Origin: Okamejei kenojei | Taxonomy: Eukaryota | Length of the DNA stretch: 64,000 nucleotides | Direction of reading: 5' to 3' | NCBI GenBank assembly: GCA_035221665.1 | Contig: CM069151.1 | Span: 29,512,001-29,576,000 of the forward strand | Part shown: positions 52,323 to 64,000 of the stretch, piece by piece | Numbering within the stretch: position 1 is the first letter of the stretch | Layout of the letters: each line of letters begins with the position of its first letter | Program-made: the position numbers and the translations under genes | The notes under the pieces: generated by a model | What the model saw: the letters and a program-made list of their open reading frames with translations, nothing else | What the model was told of the DNA's origin: nothing | Databases searched by the model: none

Positions 52323-52383
52323 ACTTAGAGTCAATAATGCCCAAAAACTTCGAAACTGCAGGATATGTATATCTCGCACCAAG
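52323..52383 (+). CDS. CACNA2D1: alpha2-delta-1-like exon (~exon 24)
   Basis: tttcag|AC...AG|gtagct; (Y)LESIMPKNFETAGYVYLAP(R); 61 nt, phase 1->2. Confidence 0.92.
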
Positions 52384-54947
52384 GTAGCTCAGTTTACTGC
52401 TTTGTTGTGAGAGCGCATGTAAAGCATGACTGTTTGGGGATAGAGGGGCTTGATTTGCCGTGACTTGGGAGCTCATAGCGCTGGACTAACTGAATTTGAA
52501 GGTGTGCAGTTCCAACTTCAAGAGATTTCTGAGTTTTGGACAGGGTTTCAAAAATGCTGAGGTGTAACACTTGATGAAGAACGTCGTTCTTGACAGGCCT
52601 AAATTCAACAGCTTTCTTTCCATCCAAAAGAAAGGATATCCATCCTTCATTTGCAAAGTGGATTTTCAAAGCAACCATGGAATGCTCAACATTCCTAGCA
52701 CAAGCAGTCATTTTTTGACAAAAATGTGGTCTTGGAAACCTGGAGATTATCCAAATTGAGCAGTGTGCTTGAATATATCAAATTTAAAACAATTCACGTG
52801 CGTCACGTACAAGTGACCTTGTCGATGCGTTCAGATTATACATTCACAGTAAGCAGGGATATTATCAAATACAGAATATTCTACTGCAGTTAGAATTCTA
52901 CTGTGATGGAATTAAAGCATAGCATTGTTTTAAATGCTTAACACTTATCCAAATGGACAGAAAGAAAAATGTAGATATAAGAAATACAGGGAACTTGCAG
53001 ATTCATATAAGAAGCAATATTATGAGAAATGAAACAATAGAATTCAGGGGAAAGAATCAAACATAGCAGAAGTAGTAATTGAAATAAACAAGTCAGATTA
53101 TTTTTGAAAGTTTTTCAGGGATTTTTTGGAAGCAGTGATTGGTTGGTCACCTGCAGCCTGGAACCTGACTGCAAACAGTAAGTTGCATTCCTGGCCCACT
53201 GACAACACAATGACTCAGCATTGACACCCGAACCACAGACAGGTTAACATTGTAGATGGATCTATTGGTGCAATGATAATCAGTCCGAATGTAACATGGA
53301 AAACTGATGATCCTTTACTCAATTATAGATTCAAATCTATCCAACAAAATGAAAATAATTTAATTTCAAATAGCACCAAACTCTAAATAAGATAAATTGA
53401 TTTGGTGCAGGGGACTGCATATCAAATCCTCCACAAATTTTCATAGTTAAACTTAAAAACAGATAAATATGAAGCATTTAAATCTACACCACACGCATAT
53501 CCTCATGTGTCAGGCGCATGGGGAAATCAGTGAATTATATTTATGAGCGTTCTTATTGAATAAGCTACGACAGATGTCTTTCATCATCTTATTTAAATGT
53601 TTCGCAGTTTAAGCCTTTAGAGCAGCACAAACTCTAGACTAGAGCAGGGGTGGCATTGCACAGTTCTGCCAAGCTCTGCAGGCTGATGGATAATAAGAGG
53701 TGCTGTGGAAAGTATAGTCTTTCATCACAATTGTCTCAGCCCCTATTCTGCTGCATATATAAAACCATTCATTTCTTGTTAAGAAATAAAGTATTTTCAG
53801 TTTGAGTTCTAATACTAACAATGCTCTTGGCAGGTTGTAGAAATTGGCTCTGATACTGGGAAAAAAAAATCAGTTTAGTCACTGCTCAACGAGCTGTTGA
53901 GATTCATTTTGTTACTTTTTGTTTTGCAAAATATGTGAATTTATGGCAGAGGTAATTGGGGATCCTCTGTTAGCCAAATGGTTGAATACATAAGAGTGTG
54001 GACGGGTCGAGTCCCATGGTTACCTCAGCTGTTCTTAGTTGGAACAGTGAAGGACTGACCCAAGAGTAAAATCAAAGGGTTTCCATCTGCTGCCTGTTAT
54101 TAGTGCCACTTTTGGAAAGTATGGTTCTGAGAGGCCACGTGTGACCTTAATTCCACCTCCCATGAATAGTCCATTCACTGCCTTCGGTCATGTAAGCTTG
54201 AAGCAGATGATTAATGCCCTGGAATGTAGTTGTCTCCAGCAAGTATCCGAATATTGGCTGTTACTTTAAAGAAAGCAAAATAAATAGTTTAGATAAACAA
54301 GGAACTGCAGATGCTGCATTAGTGCCAAATGATGGAGACACCAAATGATGGAGTAACTCAATAGGTCAGGCCCGCTGAGTTACTACAGCACTTTTGTATC
54401 TTTTTAAAATAAATGCTTTCTCTGGAACTTTGATACTAAACTAAATTAGAAACATTCCCCCCCCCCCCCCCCCCCCCCCCCCCCACCCCCATCTTGGTAG
54501 TGACAGCCCTAACTGTGTTACTTAGTGAGAGATCCGATGCCACAGAAAGTTATAATGTCGGATGATAAGACAGTTGATTATAAAAATGTAGTCCTAATCC
54601 TACATAGAAAGTCAAAGTAGATTTTTATTAGATTGAAAAATAGAAAATGCTCCGCAGGTCAGGTAACATCTGTGGAAAGAGGAGTCGAGTGACTTGATGG
54701 TTAGAAAGTAGAATTGTCAACCCATTACCGACACCTTTCGAGCCCAGCCCTGAGAGTGTTGTTCAGTAACTAACGTCTAATGTTTGCTGTGCTCTGTGTG
54801 CTGTGATGTGTACAACCGACTCTTTTTGTGTGTTTTTGTCGTCGTCAACGTTTGGTTGTGCATACTTACCTCTCTCATCATGGCAATGTTTGTTTACCTG
54901 TGGGAAGGCCAGTATAGTGTATGTATGTGTTGACAATGCCTTTCCAG

Positions 54948-55045
54948 GGAATACTGCGATGGACTGACTCCTTCAACCAACAACACAGCGTACCTGGTGA
55001 ACTTTATTGAACTAATCGACCTGCAGACTCCCAGTTCACCGAACT
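54948..55045 (+). CDS. CACNA2D1: alpha2-delta-1-like exon (~exon 25); the next exon was not found and is probably beyond the window
   Basis: ttccag|G...T|gtaagt; (R)EYCDGLTPSTNNTAYLVNFIELIDLQTPSSPN(C); 98 nt, phase 2->1; conserved Cys and NNT sequon. Confidence 0.92.
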
Positions 55046-55519
55046 GTAAGTATCATGAGCCGATATCTTAGGGTTTTTTTTTGGACTGACAGGAACATGC
55101 CAAAAGATCAAAAGTTATGCTGCATGCTCATAGATTAAGAACTGTAGGGTAGTAGAGAAAATCATGTTGTATCCCGCAGCCATCTTCAAATATCCTTGTT
55201 GTGGGTGCAGACTTCCGTTTCAGCTGGATAATTTTATTAATGATTTTTGTGCAGTGGATACGTCTCTCTTTCAGATTATCAGGGTACGACTGTATCCTTC
55301 ATCTTTGTGGTGCAGACTTTAGGCTTGCAAAGCATAGAAATACATCAAATCAACTGAATTATTGATCCTAGAGCACTCCCAGCAACACTCTGAACCAACG
55401 GATACCATTGAAACAATCTGGTTCAATTTCATTCATGAGTGGAATACTTACAAATTATAATGTTTAATCAAATCATAAACATAACTGTTGATTACAGTTG
55501 GAATCAGAGTCTCGGACAA

Positions 55520-55652
55520 GCACGGTTGATTAGTGCGGGTTTATGGGGAGAAGGCAGGAGAATGGGGTTAGGGAGAGATTGATCAGCCATGATTGAATGG
55601 TGGAGTAGACTTGTTGGGCCGAATGACCTAATTCAACACCTATCACTTATGA
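55520..55652 (+). mobile_element. CR1-type LINE 3' UTR fragment
   Basis: ttatggggagaaggcaggagaatggggtt...gatcagccatgattgaatggtggagtagacttg. Confidence 0.75.
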
Positions 55653-56349
55653 ATTTAAGAAGCAGATTCAGTTTTATCCCCTTAATATAATTCTTAGAAC
55701 TCCATTGTAATTTTCCAAACCCGATTCCTAATGTGCTGAAAAGAGAGGGCATTTCTTTAAAATTGCTCCTTTCAAAAGTGGCAGTCAATCAAGCAGTTTG
55801 CACAGTTGATGGAGACTTAGGGTACTGTTTCAGGAGGTGAAGTTCTTCTTGTCATGTATTTGCCCGGAATGATGATGGATTTGCTGCAAACACACAAGGC
55901 CTCATTCTATTTAAGCCAATGACAGGTATTGATGGGTTGAATTCTTGATGAACATATTTTAACAAATACACTGAGAATCAGCATGTATCCAAGGAGGCAG
56001 TATTTTACTTTGCAAGGCAACACAAAACAGTATGTTGAATCTTTCAGCTCAGGTGTAGATGGTATATTCCCGATTACATGTGACAATGTTGTACAGTATT
56101 GCTAAAAGGAAGCAGATCACATGATTCTTCTGTTCACAATAATGAATCCATGCATGGATATATAGGGAATGTTCATACTAAAATATATATTGTAGCCAAG
56201 GACAATCTTCACTATGGCAAACATACAAGGGATTTCATGTTCTTTGCAGTGCTATAATTATTTTTAGTTTATGAAGTAATTTTTTTAATATAATGTCTTG
56301 CATTTGAAGTTGGCCTTGAGGAGCCAAGTTTGCAAGCTACCTTGGAGAG

Positions 56350-56950
56350 ACTAATTTTCAACATTCATTCACAGGATGTGGATTTCACTGGCAAGGCTGG
56401 CTTTGTTGATGAGCCACTATCTTGAACTGCTGTAACTCTCATAGCAAAGATATTTCCACAATACTGCAAGGTGGGGAATTAATTAACGTCTAATAGTGCA
56501 GACATCCACATAGCATTGATAGCTTGTGCATTCCAGGATTCAAGGATGAAGGAGCAGTGAGATATGTCCAGGTTGGGATTAAATGCAACCAAGAATGAAA
56601 CTTTGTGTTCGTGGTATTGCCGTGTATCTGTTGCCATTGCCTTTCTGGGTGCCGGGGGTCAACATTTCTAATGGTGCTATTACAGAAACTGTAACAAACT
56701 GTTGCATCTGTGGAATGAGCCAAAGGAAAGCACAGGGATGGTCGGAGTAGATGTTCCTGATGGTCATCAGGCAGCCTGCTTTTTGTCAGATAAAGCTGAG
56801 CTTCTTGTGTGCTACAAGTTGAATTACAGGATATGAATATGATTTGTGGTCCCAGATACATTATTGATCCAGAGCTAATCTTAACCTTTGTCAGAGTGTC
56901 TAGCTGGACTTGGTCGATCATCCCTTCAATCTAACTGAGGGCGTTGTGTT
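56350..56950 (-). mobile_element. old LINE relic
   Basis: ccaggattcaaggatgaaggagcagtgagatatgtccaggttgggat resembles a chondrichthyan LINE 3' region; degenerate. Confidence 0.45.
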
Positions 56951-57182
56951 TCTTAGCTCTTGTCTAGGAGTGAGCCAAAGCCAATCACGACTGCATTTGT
57001 CTCTCCACTCTGACATGGTCCAATGCTAAAGTTGTCCTGTTGTGATTTTACATTGGGGAATTGGCCTCTTCAATCTAAAGTCAATTAACTCAGCCCAGGA
57101 TTAAAGTCATTAACTCAGCACCGTCCATTTCAAAGGGATTCTCAGCCTGGGTACAGGAACACATTCTTTTCAGTTGTTTTCC

Positions 57183-57475
57183 TTTAGTTTAGTTTAGTTG
57201 AGAGATACAGCATGGAAATAGGCCCTTCGACCCACCGAGTTCACACTGGCCATCGGTCACCTGTTCGTACCAGTTCCATGTTACCCCACTTTCTCATCCA
57301 CTCCCTACACTCTCGGGGCAATCTACAAACCTGCACACCTTTAGGATGTGAGAAGAAATGTACATGGTCACAGGGAGAATGTGCAAAATCCGTACAGACA
57401 GCGCCTAAGGTCAGGATCAAATCCAGATCTTTGGCAGTGTGAGGCAGCAGCTCTACCAGCTGCACCACTGTGCCA
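57183..57475 (-). mobile_element. V-domain SINE
   Basis: (tttag)n tail, gagatacagcatggaaataggccc, ggcagcagctctaccagctgcaccactgtgcc. Confidence 0.82.
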
Positions 57476-57604
57476 CTTGTAGTTTAATATGTCGTTTAAT
57501 TTAATGTAATGCTCTGCAAAACTACAAAACAAGCCCAAAGATATTCATGCAATGCTAAAGTTAACTGTAAGAGCTTCTCAAGCTGTTCTAAGAATTATAT
57601 TTGA

Positions 57605-57990
57605 AAACAAGGAATTGCAGATGCTGGATTTCAAAACAAAAAAACAAGTGCTGGGGTAACTCAGCGGGTCAGGCAGCAACTCTGGAGAACATGGATAGGT
57701 TCATTCGCTCGTGTGTCAGACGACGTACAACTGGCTGTTGGCTTCCGTTGTCGTCCACCATGTTGACAGAATTGGTCGCCCGACACGTCACTGAGTGCAT
57801 CGTGTTGTCGATTCCGGCGATCGCCACGAGGAGGCTTCTGTCATGATCCCCACATGGATTGGTGACGTTTCGGGACATTTATTTTTCCTCCCACCAAAAT
57901 CAGTTTGAAGAAGGGTTCCTTTCAGCTTCCCATGTTCTCCAGAGATGATGCCTGACCCACTGCGTTACTCTTTTGTCGAGTACTCTTTTG
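57605..57990. mobile_element. Penelope-derived inverted repeat element containing a foreign 151 bp insert (57701-57851)
   Basis: caaggaattgcagatgctgg...ctggagaacatggataggt [insert] acatggattggtgacgtttcggg ... tgaagaaggg...catgttctccagagatgatgcctgaccc. Confidence 0.65.
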
Positions 57991-58774
57991 ACTTTTTTGT
58001 CGAATAATTAAATTGTTTGGCAAATATATGCAGCCTGGCCAAGCAAGCATGCTGAACAGATGCCATTTGTCTATTAAAGGCAGCCTTCCGCTGGGTACAA
58101 TAATTTCTCCGAACTGCAAATACTAATTCCCTTATAAAAATAGAGGTCAGAGTCCTAGTACTAATCGGACAGTAAATCTTACACCATTTCGAAACCTGAT
58201 GGAGTTAGCTAGGAAGTACCAAGTCACCAGCATGAATATATCACATGTCTCCACATGACTAAAACTTCCTGTATCCTGTCCTGCGTAAGCAAATAAACAA
58301 CAGCTCAAGGCTTTCTCTACAATTATTTTGATTGCATTATTTGGAGAAACCTGGAGCAGACTTGTAAATCTCCTGTTGCTGAAGTATGGAAATATTTCCA
58401 GTGGTGTTCTTCAGGGATGGATTTATTTCTGTATCCTGCACTCCAGTTAAAATTTATGATCAGGCCATTTCCTGTTTCTACTGGAAATAAAATAATTTTT
58501 TGTCATTTGACTAAGGAAAATATACCGCTGGTGAGCTTTAAGGTACAGCAGGGAAATCAAAACTCCTGCAAACCTGCCTGTGAGCTACTTGTTTACTGGT
58601 GTCAGTGGGGAGATGTTGCAGTTTGTCCAAGAAACGGTGTTGCACAAAATCGAAGCGAGCTGTCATCGATGTCTGATTGTGAAAATGGAGGTCCCCGTAT
58701 GAAATTAGGCCCCACACGGGTGCAGTGGGAATGTCTAAGGTCTGCTCCCTCAGTTGTGCCATTGACAGGAGAGC

Positions 58775-59075
58775 TTAGTCTTAGTTTAGTTTTGAGATGC
58801 AGGAAACAGGTCCTTCGGCTCACTGAGTCCGCGCCGACTAGCGATCCCTGCACACTAACGCTGACCTACACACACTAGAGACAATTTTCAGTTATACCAA
58901 GCCAATTAACCTACAGACCTGTATGCCTTTGAGATGTGGGAGGAAAGTGGAGATCCCAGAGAAAATGCACGTAGGTCACGGGGAGAAGGTGCAAACTCCG
59001 TACAGACAGCACCCGTAGTCAGGATCGAGCCCTGTTCTCTGGCGCAACAACTCTACCGCAGCGCTACTGGGCCGC
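58775..59075 (-). mobile_element. V-domain SINE
   Basis: ttagtttagttttgagatgcaggaaacagg...ccaattaacctacagacc...caaactccgtacagacagcacccgtagtcaggatcgagcc. Confidence 0.85.
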
Positions 59076-60068
59076 CCTCGCAAGAGCTGTTGCAAAACCT
59101 ACTTGGCAGAACAAATCCAAACTAGGGATGTCCCTTGAAGGGAAATAGAGCACCTTTAACTGTCATGGATCGTATAGTTTAAGACACAGCAAATTTAATT
59201 GTGCAATATGAATGATCAAGCCCATTAGGTTTTTTGTTTTGGAGGCACTCGTCCAAAAACGTCGCCTTTCCATTCCCTCCGCAGATGTTGCCTGACCCGC
59301 TGAGTTCCGCCAGCACTTTGTGTTTTGCTCAATCTTGTTTTGTCAGGTTCATCCTCAATGACACAGTTTGGCCATCTCAAGGTTGAATTGTACCACTAGA
59401 CATGGATTTCAGTGTGTTGCAATGTAAAATATAAATCGTTGGCAAAGCCTCGGCGTACGGGAGGAAGTCAATATCACAAATAGTTTTTTTTTAGGATGAA
59501 TGAGATAATGGGAGATCACTCTACGTAATGCAATTTCAGGAGCTGTGTGAAATCTGACAATTAGACTGTCTGCAGTGGGCTGGTTGAGTTTTATTTTCTC
59601 ACCTCCCTGATATTGCTGGGGAAACATTTGATCCTTGTGTGCACTTCTTATCTCACTTGTGGTTAATGGACATCTGCACAGATTCAAAGTAGGTGACTGA
59701 AGAATTTCTTCCACAGCTCAACATAAATACCACTGATCATTGTCATTGTAGGGAATTTCATAAATGTTTCCACCTACACTTAGCATGTTCTTATTTCATA
59801 ATGATAATTTTGGATGCATATTTAGCAGTATGCATTTCAGTTCACATTTCAGCCTGTGCAACATGTGCACTGGAAACTATGAATTTCCGTTCTTGCATTT
59901 CACTGAGACCAGACCAAGTTCAGATTCAATCACATTCAAAGATATCATGAAATATTTACCGAAGAAAGACATAAAAAGCTGGAGTGACTCAGCGGGTCAG
60001 ACAGCATCACTGAAGTAAAGGAATAGGTGGCGTTTTGGGTCGAGACCCTTCTTCTGGACTTCAATAGA

Positions 60069-62526
60069 TCAAAGTCAAAAGTCAAAGTCAAAAGAGTTTA
60101 TTGTCATGTGTCCCTGACAGGACTATGAAATTCTTTCTTTGCATAGCACAACAGAACATAGTAGGCATTGACTACTATTATATACATAAATACACACATT
60201 AATTAATAAATTAATAAAGTGCAAATAACAGATGGAGGGGTATTAATATTCAGAGTTTTGTCCGAGCCAAGTTAAATAGCCTGATGGCTGTGGGGAAGTA
60301 GCTATTCCTGAACCGGGTCGTTGCAGTTCTCAGGCTCCTGTACCTTCTACCCGAAGGTAGCAGGGAGATGAGTGTGTGGCCAGGATGGTGTGGGTCCTTG
60401 ATGATGCTGCCAGCCTTTTTGAGGCAGCGACTGTGGTAGATCCCCTCGATGGATTGAAGGTCAGAGCCGATGATGGACTGGGCAGTGCTTACTACTTTTT
60501 GTAGTCTTTTCCTCTCCAGGGCACTCACATTGCCGAACCAAGCCACGATGCAACCGGTCAGCAAGCTCTCTACTGTGCGCCTGTAGATGTTAGAGTCCTC
60601 CTTGACAGACCGACTCTCCGTAATCTTCTCAGGAAATAGAGGTGCTGATGAACTTTCTTAATAATTGCATCTGTGTTCTCCGACCAGGAAAGATCTTCAC
60701 AGATGTGCACACCCAGGAATTTGAAGCTCTTGACCCTTTCAACCATCGACCCGTTGATATAAACAGGACTGTGGGTCCCCATCCTACTCCTTCCAAAGTC
60801 CACAATCAGTTCCTTGGTTTTGCTGGTGTTGAGGGCCAGGTTATTGTGCTGGCACCATATGGACAGTCGCTCGATCTCTCTTCTGTACTCCGACTCATCC
60901 CCATCAGTGATACATCCCACAACAGTGGCGCCATCGAACTTAATGATGGAGTTTGCATTATGACCGGCTACGCAGTCATGAGTATAGAGTGAATACAGCA
61001 GGGGTCTGTGCACGCAGCACCTTGAGTGAGGCACGTCACCTGTCCGTTGTTTCGAGTCTGACTCACCACCATTGACCTGCCACAGTGGAGCAGAACTCCC
61101 TTTTGGCCTTTTTGATGGCCTGTGGTCTGTGAGTGCAGATCTGACAGTTCATCCAAGGTTTCGAGTTTTTGAGGGATGTAGTCCTCACAATTTCTTTGAA
61201 GTCAAAGGGTATTCATTCAATCCGTTGCCGAGTCCTTGAACATTGCCCAGTCTACAGACTCCAAACAGTCCTGTAGTTGTTCCTCTGCCCCCCCCCCCCT
61301 CCCCCGACCAGCTCTGTACTGTCCTCACCTCTGGGGGTGCGCTCTTTAATTGCTGCCTGTAGGCAGGGAGAAGCAGCACCACGGTATGGTCGGATTTACC
61401 GAAGTGAGGGCGAGGGATAGAGCGGTAAGCATTCTTGATGGTGGTGTAGCAGTGGTCGAGGGTGTTTGGTCCTCTGGTGCGGCAGGAGACAAGTTGGTGG
61501 AAGTTAGGGAACGATTTCTTGTGGTTTGCTTTATTGAAGTCCCCAGCAATGGTGGTAAATGCCTCGGGTAAGATGTCTGGTGTTTGTTGACCACGGCATG
61601 CAGCTCCTCCAGTGCCAGACGGACGTCTGCCTGGGGTGGGATGTAGACTGTGGTCAGGATGATGGAGGTGAATTCTCTCGGAAGGTAGAAGGGACGGCAC
61701 TTCACCGCAAGATGTTCGAGATGTGGAGAGCAGGAGTTGGACAGGACTGCCACGTCTGAGCACCACGCAGAGTTGACCATGAGGCAGACGCCCCCTCCTC
61801 TCCCTTTCCCCGATGCCAGTGTACAGTCCATGCGGTGGATGGAGAACCCTGCAGGCAGGACCGCTGAGTCTGGGGAGCTGGGGGTGAGCCATGTCTCTTT
61901 GAAACAGAACACACAGCATTCCCTCAGCTCCCTTTGATAAAGCAGTCTTGCCCTTAAGTCCTCCACTTTATTTTCAAGGGACTGTACATTGGCCAGTAGG
62001 ATAGTAGGGAGAGGGGGCCGAAGTCCCCTGCGCTTCAGTCTGACCTGAAGTCCTGCCCGCCGGCCACGTTTCTGGACACAATGGAGGCCTCCCCTTTGTT
62101 TCCAGGTACTGGGTTCACTGTACCTGCTGTTTCTGCGGACCAGCGCTGGAACGGGGATTCCCTCACAGACGGCAGCTCCAGCTCCGTAACAAACGGGGGT
62201 TCCCTCAGAGTCTGCAGCTCCAGCTTCATTTTTCCTGGGATATCCAGCCCGTCGGCTCTGGAGGTCATCCCGGGGTTTCCAGGTGCCGTACCTGGGATCC
62301 TCAGTCGGGTCGAGAGTTTCACAGCCAGCGTGGGAAAGTTTAAAGTCTGGGGTTCCCGCAGCTGCGGGAGATCGCAAAATTTCCAGCGCTTTCAGCTGCC
62401 CAAGCAGCCTCTCTGAAACGGCACAGATTACTGCCATTTCCCTGATGCAGATAAGTTGTTGAGAGTTGTAGATGAGCCTTTTATGTTCCGGAGCTCCGCA
62501 AAAGTTGCCGCAGGCAGGCGCCATCT
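60069..62526 (-). mobile_element. Rex1/Babar-type non-LTR retrotransposon with both ends present but an internally deleted, inactive RT
   Basis: 5' AGATGGCGCC; APE endonuclease motifs LLANVQSLENK, CFKETWL, RGGGVCL, AGDFN, TLDHCY, SDH; RT remnants PLLYSLYTHDC, IIKFDG (KFADD broken), FKFLG; C-terminal LPSGRRYRS..RFRNSYFPTAIRL; (TTTGAC)-type tandem tail at 60069-60094. Confidence 0.9.
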
Positions 62527-62801
62527 GAATTATGATGTAATAACCACGATCTATATACTATTGACTACAATTCTTTTTTGCCATGTTTTTCTGAACATTA
62601 TTTCCATAGTTCCTGTCATCCTCTGATTGAATTTATTTGTCTTTGGATTTATCTCCAAGATGAATGGAACTGCTTAATGGAAGCATCCCAGGTTCTACCT
62701 GCTTCTCCCACCACTCTCAGTCCCCGTGGTGCTCACTTCTACCAGTGACCCATGTCTTCATCGTCAGTGCAACCCCAATCCCGTAAAGTCCCGCCTATAA
62801 G

Positions 62802-62962
62802 GCAAAGATAGACAAATTCTTGATTTGAACGGGTGTCAAGGGTTATGGGGAGAAGGCAGGAAAAAAGGGATCAGGAGGCAGAGATCAGCCATGATTGAAT
62901 GGCGGAGTAGACTTGATGAGCCGAATGGCCTAATTCTACTCCTGTAACTTGTGAACTTGTGA
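62802..62962 (+). mobile_element. CR1-type LINE 3' fragment
   Basis: aaggcaaagatagacaaattcttgatt...gggttatggggagaaggcagg...aatggcctaattct. Confidence 0.8.
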
Positions 62963-63249
62963 AGCTAGGATTTATATGTTTGCGCTCATTCCAATGCCCC
63001 CAGCCTCTGAGAGTAAAGTGGGAAGGGATTGTGGATGGAATTGGGTCAAAATTGTTGTTAATCTGGAACCAAAGGGAGGCACTTCCCGTGGGATTAGTGG
63101 GGTAAGCAGTGAATAATTGTGGTCTTTCTTCCCTGCCTATCACTTCCACCCCTTATTCAGGTCTTTCTACGGCCTTGTGTTGTAATTAACTTCCATAGCC
63201 ATTGGTTGTTCATCCCGTTTTTAACAATCAGTTCTTCAGTTTCTGGTGC

Positions 63250-64000
63250 TTTACATTTTCACTACATAAAATGGAATGATGGAAGTGTAAGGGGCAGGCA
63301 CTGTATGGCTGATGCCCACAAACTACCAGCAAAGAAGTGGACAACCGCTTTAGATGCTACTAAATTGCATGGGCAGAGGCTTTTCTCAGAGCTGCCATCC
63401 CCTGAAGCCTCATTCCATTGTGCATCCAACCAAAGTTGGACTGGCAAAGCAGCAGCAATTCTAAACAAATGCTTGCTCAGTGTTTCCCACAGAATTCTGG
63501 TTATGGATTTAGTACAGTGCAGGGGATGGCGGGCCTGGGACCGGATCCAGTGTAGCATGGGCAAGGGGGAAGGAGTGGGGATAGCCAGGGGGACAGAACA
63601 GATTCATGGATAGAGATTCTACTCGGGGAGAGTGAACGGACTGAAGCAGTTCCCTGTGTAAAACGTGCCAGCAATGGTGGCCATCTTGTTATGCTCTTCC
63701 TCACCAGATAACTTGAAAAGTGAATCCTTTCTGAATGATATGAAGTAAGAATTGCATAAGGCTGTGCTCTTCCTCACCAGATAACTTGAAAAGTGAATCC
63801 TTTCTGAATGATATGAAGTAAGAATTGCATAAGGCTGCTGCAATTTACAAAATGTTGTTTTCATTAAAGACCTGTGACTAGGTTGATTGCAAATAGTGGA
63901 TGAAATGCTAACTGATCTGGAAGTCAAACTTGCTCCAGATGTAGCCATAAACTCATTGGCATGCAGTTGTGCAGGCAGTCGTCACCCCTTCCAAGTTGCA
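63250..64000 (-). mobile_element. possible degenerate DIRS/Ngaro tyrosine-recombinase relic
   Basis: minus-strand frames give VRKSITRW (cf. RRSKTDQ), then KHLFRIAAA (cf. HSFRIGAA) and a frameshifted G-x-W, in the order expected for a retrotransposon YR domain. Confidence 0.35.
63692..63837. repeat. exact 73 bp tandem duplication
   Basis: tgctcttcctcaccagataac...gaattgcataaggctg occurs twice head-to-tail (63692-63764, 63765-63837). Confidence 0.95.

Noticed and set aside
61346-62524. 392 aa ORF as a host gene
   Set aside because: It is the endonuclease portion of the Rex1/Babar retrotransposon and frameshifts out of the domain near 61560.
55046-64000. Next alpha2-delta exon (expected C-N/D-x-x-LI-x-x-(V/L)LLDAG-like peptide)
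   Set aside because: No matching peptide with splice sites was found; it probably lies beyond the window end, although I may have missed a diverged exon.

Overview
Eukaryotic (vertebrate) genomic DNA. The repeat landscape suggests a cartilaginous fish, most likely a skate or ray: V-domain tRNA-derived SINEs, CR1-type LINEs with (CATAGAAA)n tails, Penelope-derived repeats and Deu-domain SINE relics. The whole window lies inside one + strand gene encoding a voltage-gated calcium channel alpha2-delta subunit closest to CACNA2D1. I read 13 internal coding exons by eye (6025-55045), all with GT-AG sites and consistent phases. They correspond to mammalian exons ~13-25 (end of the VWA domain and the Cache domains) and include a homolog of the muscle-type cassette exon 18a and the NPKSQ tandem acceptor. 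The introns are mostly transposon debris: SINEs, CR1 and Rex1/Babar LINE pieces, many Penelope-like terminal repeats carrying a hammerhead-ribozyme-like core, a 1.75 kb PIF/Harbinger-like non-autonomous DNA transposon, and probable DIRS/Ngaro relics. Almost all ORFs in the supplied track are spurious or TE-derived. I see no CRISPR array, rRNA, genuine tRNA or prokaryotic system. The most interesting items are the possibly divergent alpha2-delta-1/2 paralog identity, conserved alternative splicing, hammerhead-like Penelope repeats, an ~235 bp duplicated palindromic intronic element, a CpG-rich 151 bp insert of unknown origin and a perfect 202 bp templated duplication. Comparisons with human proteins and repeat consensi are from memory, not from a database search.
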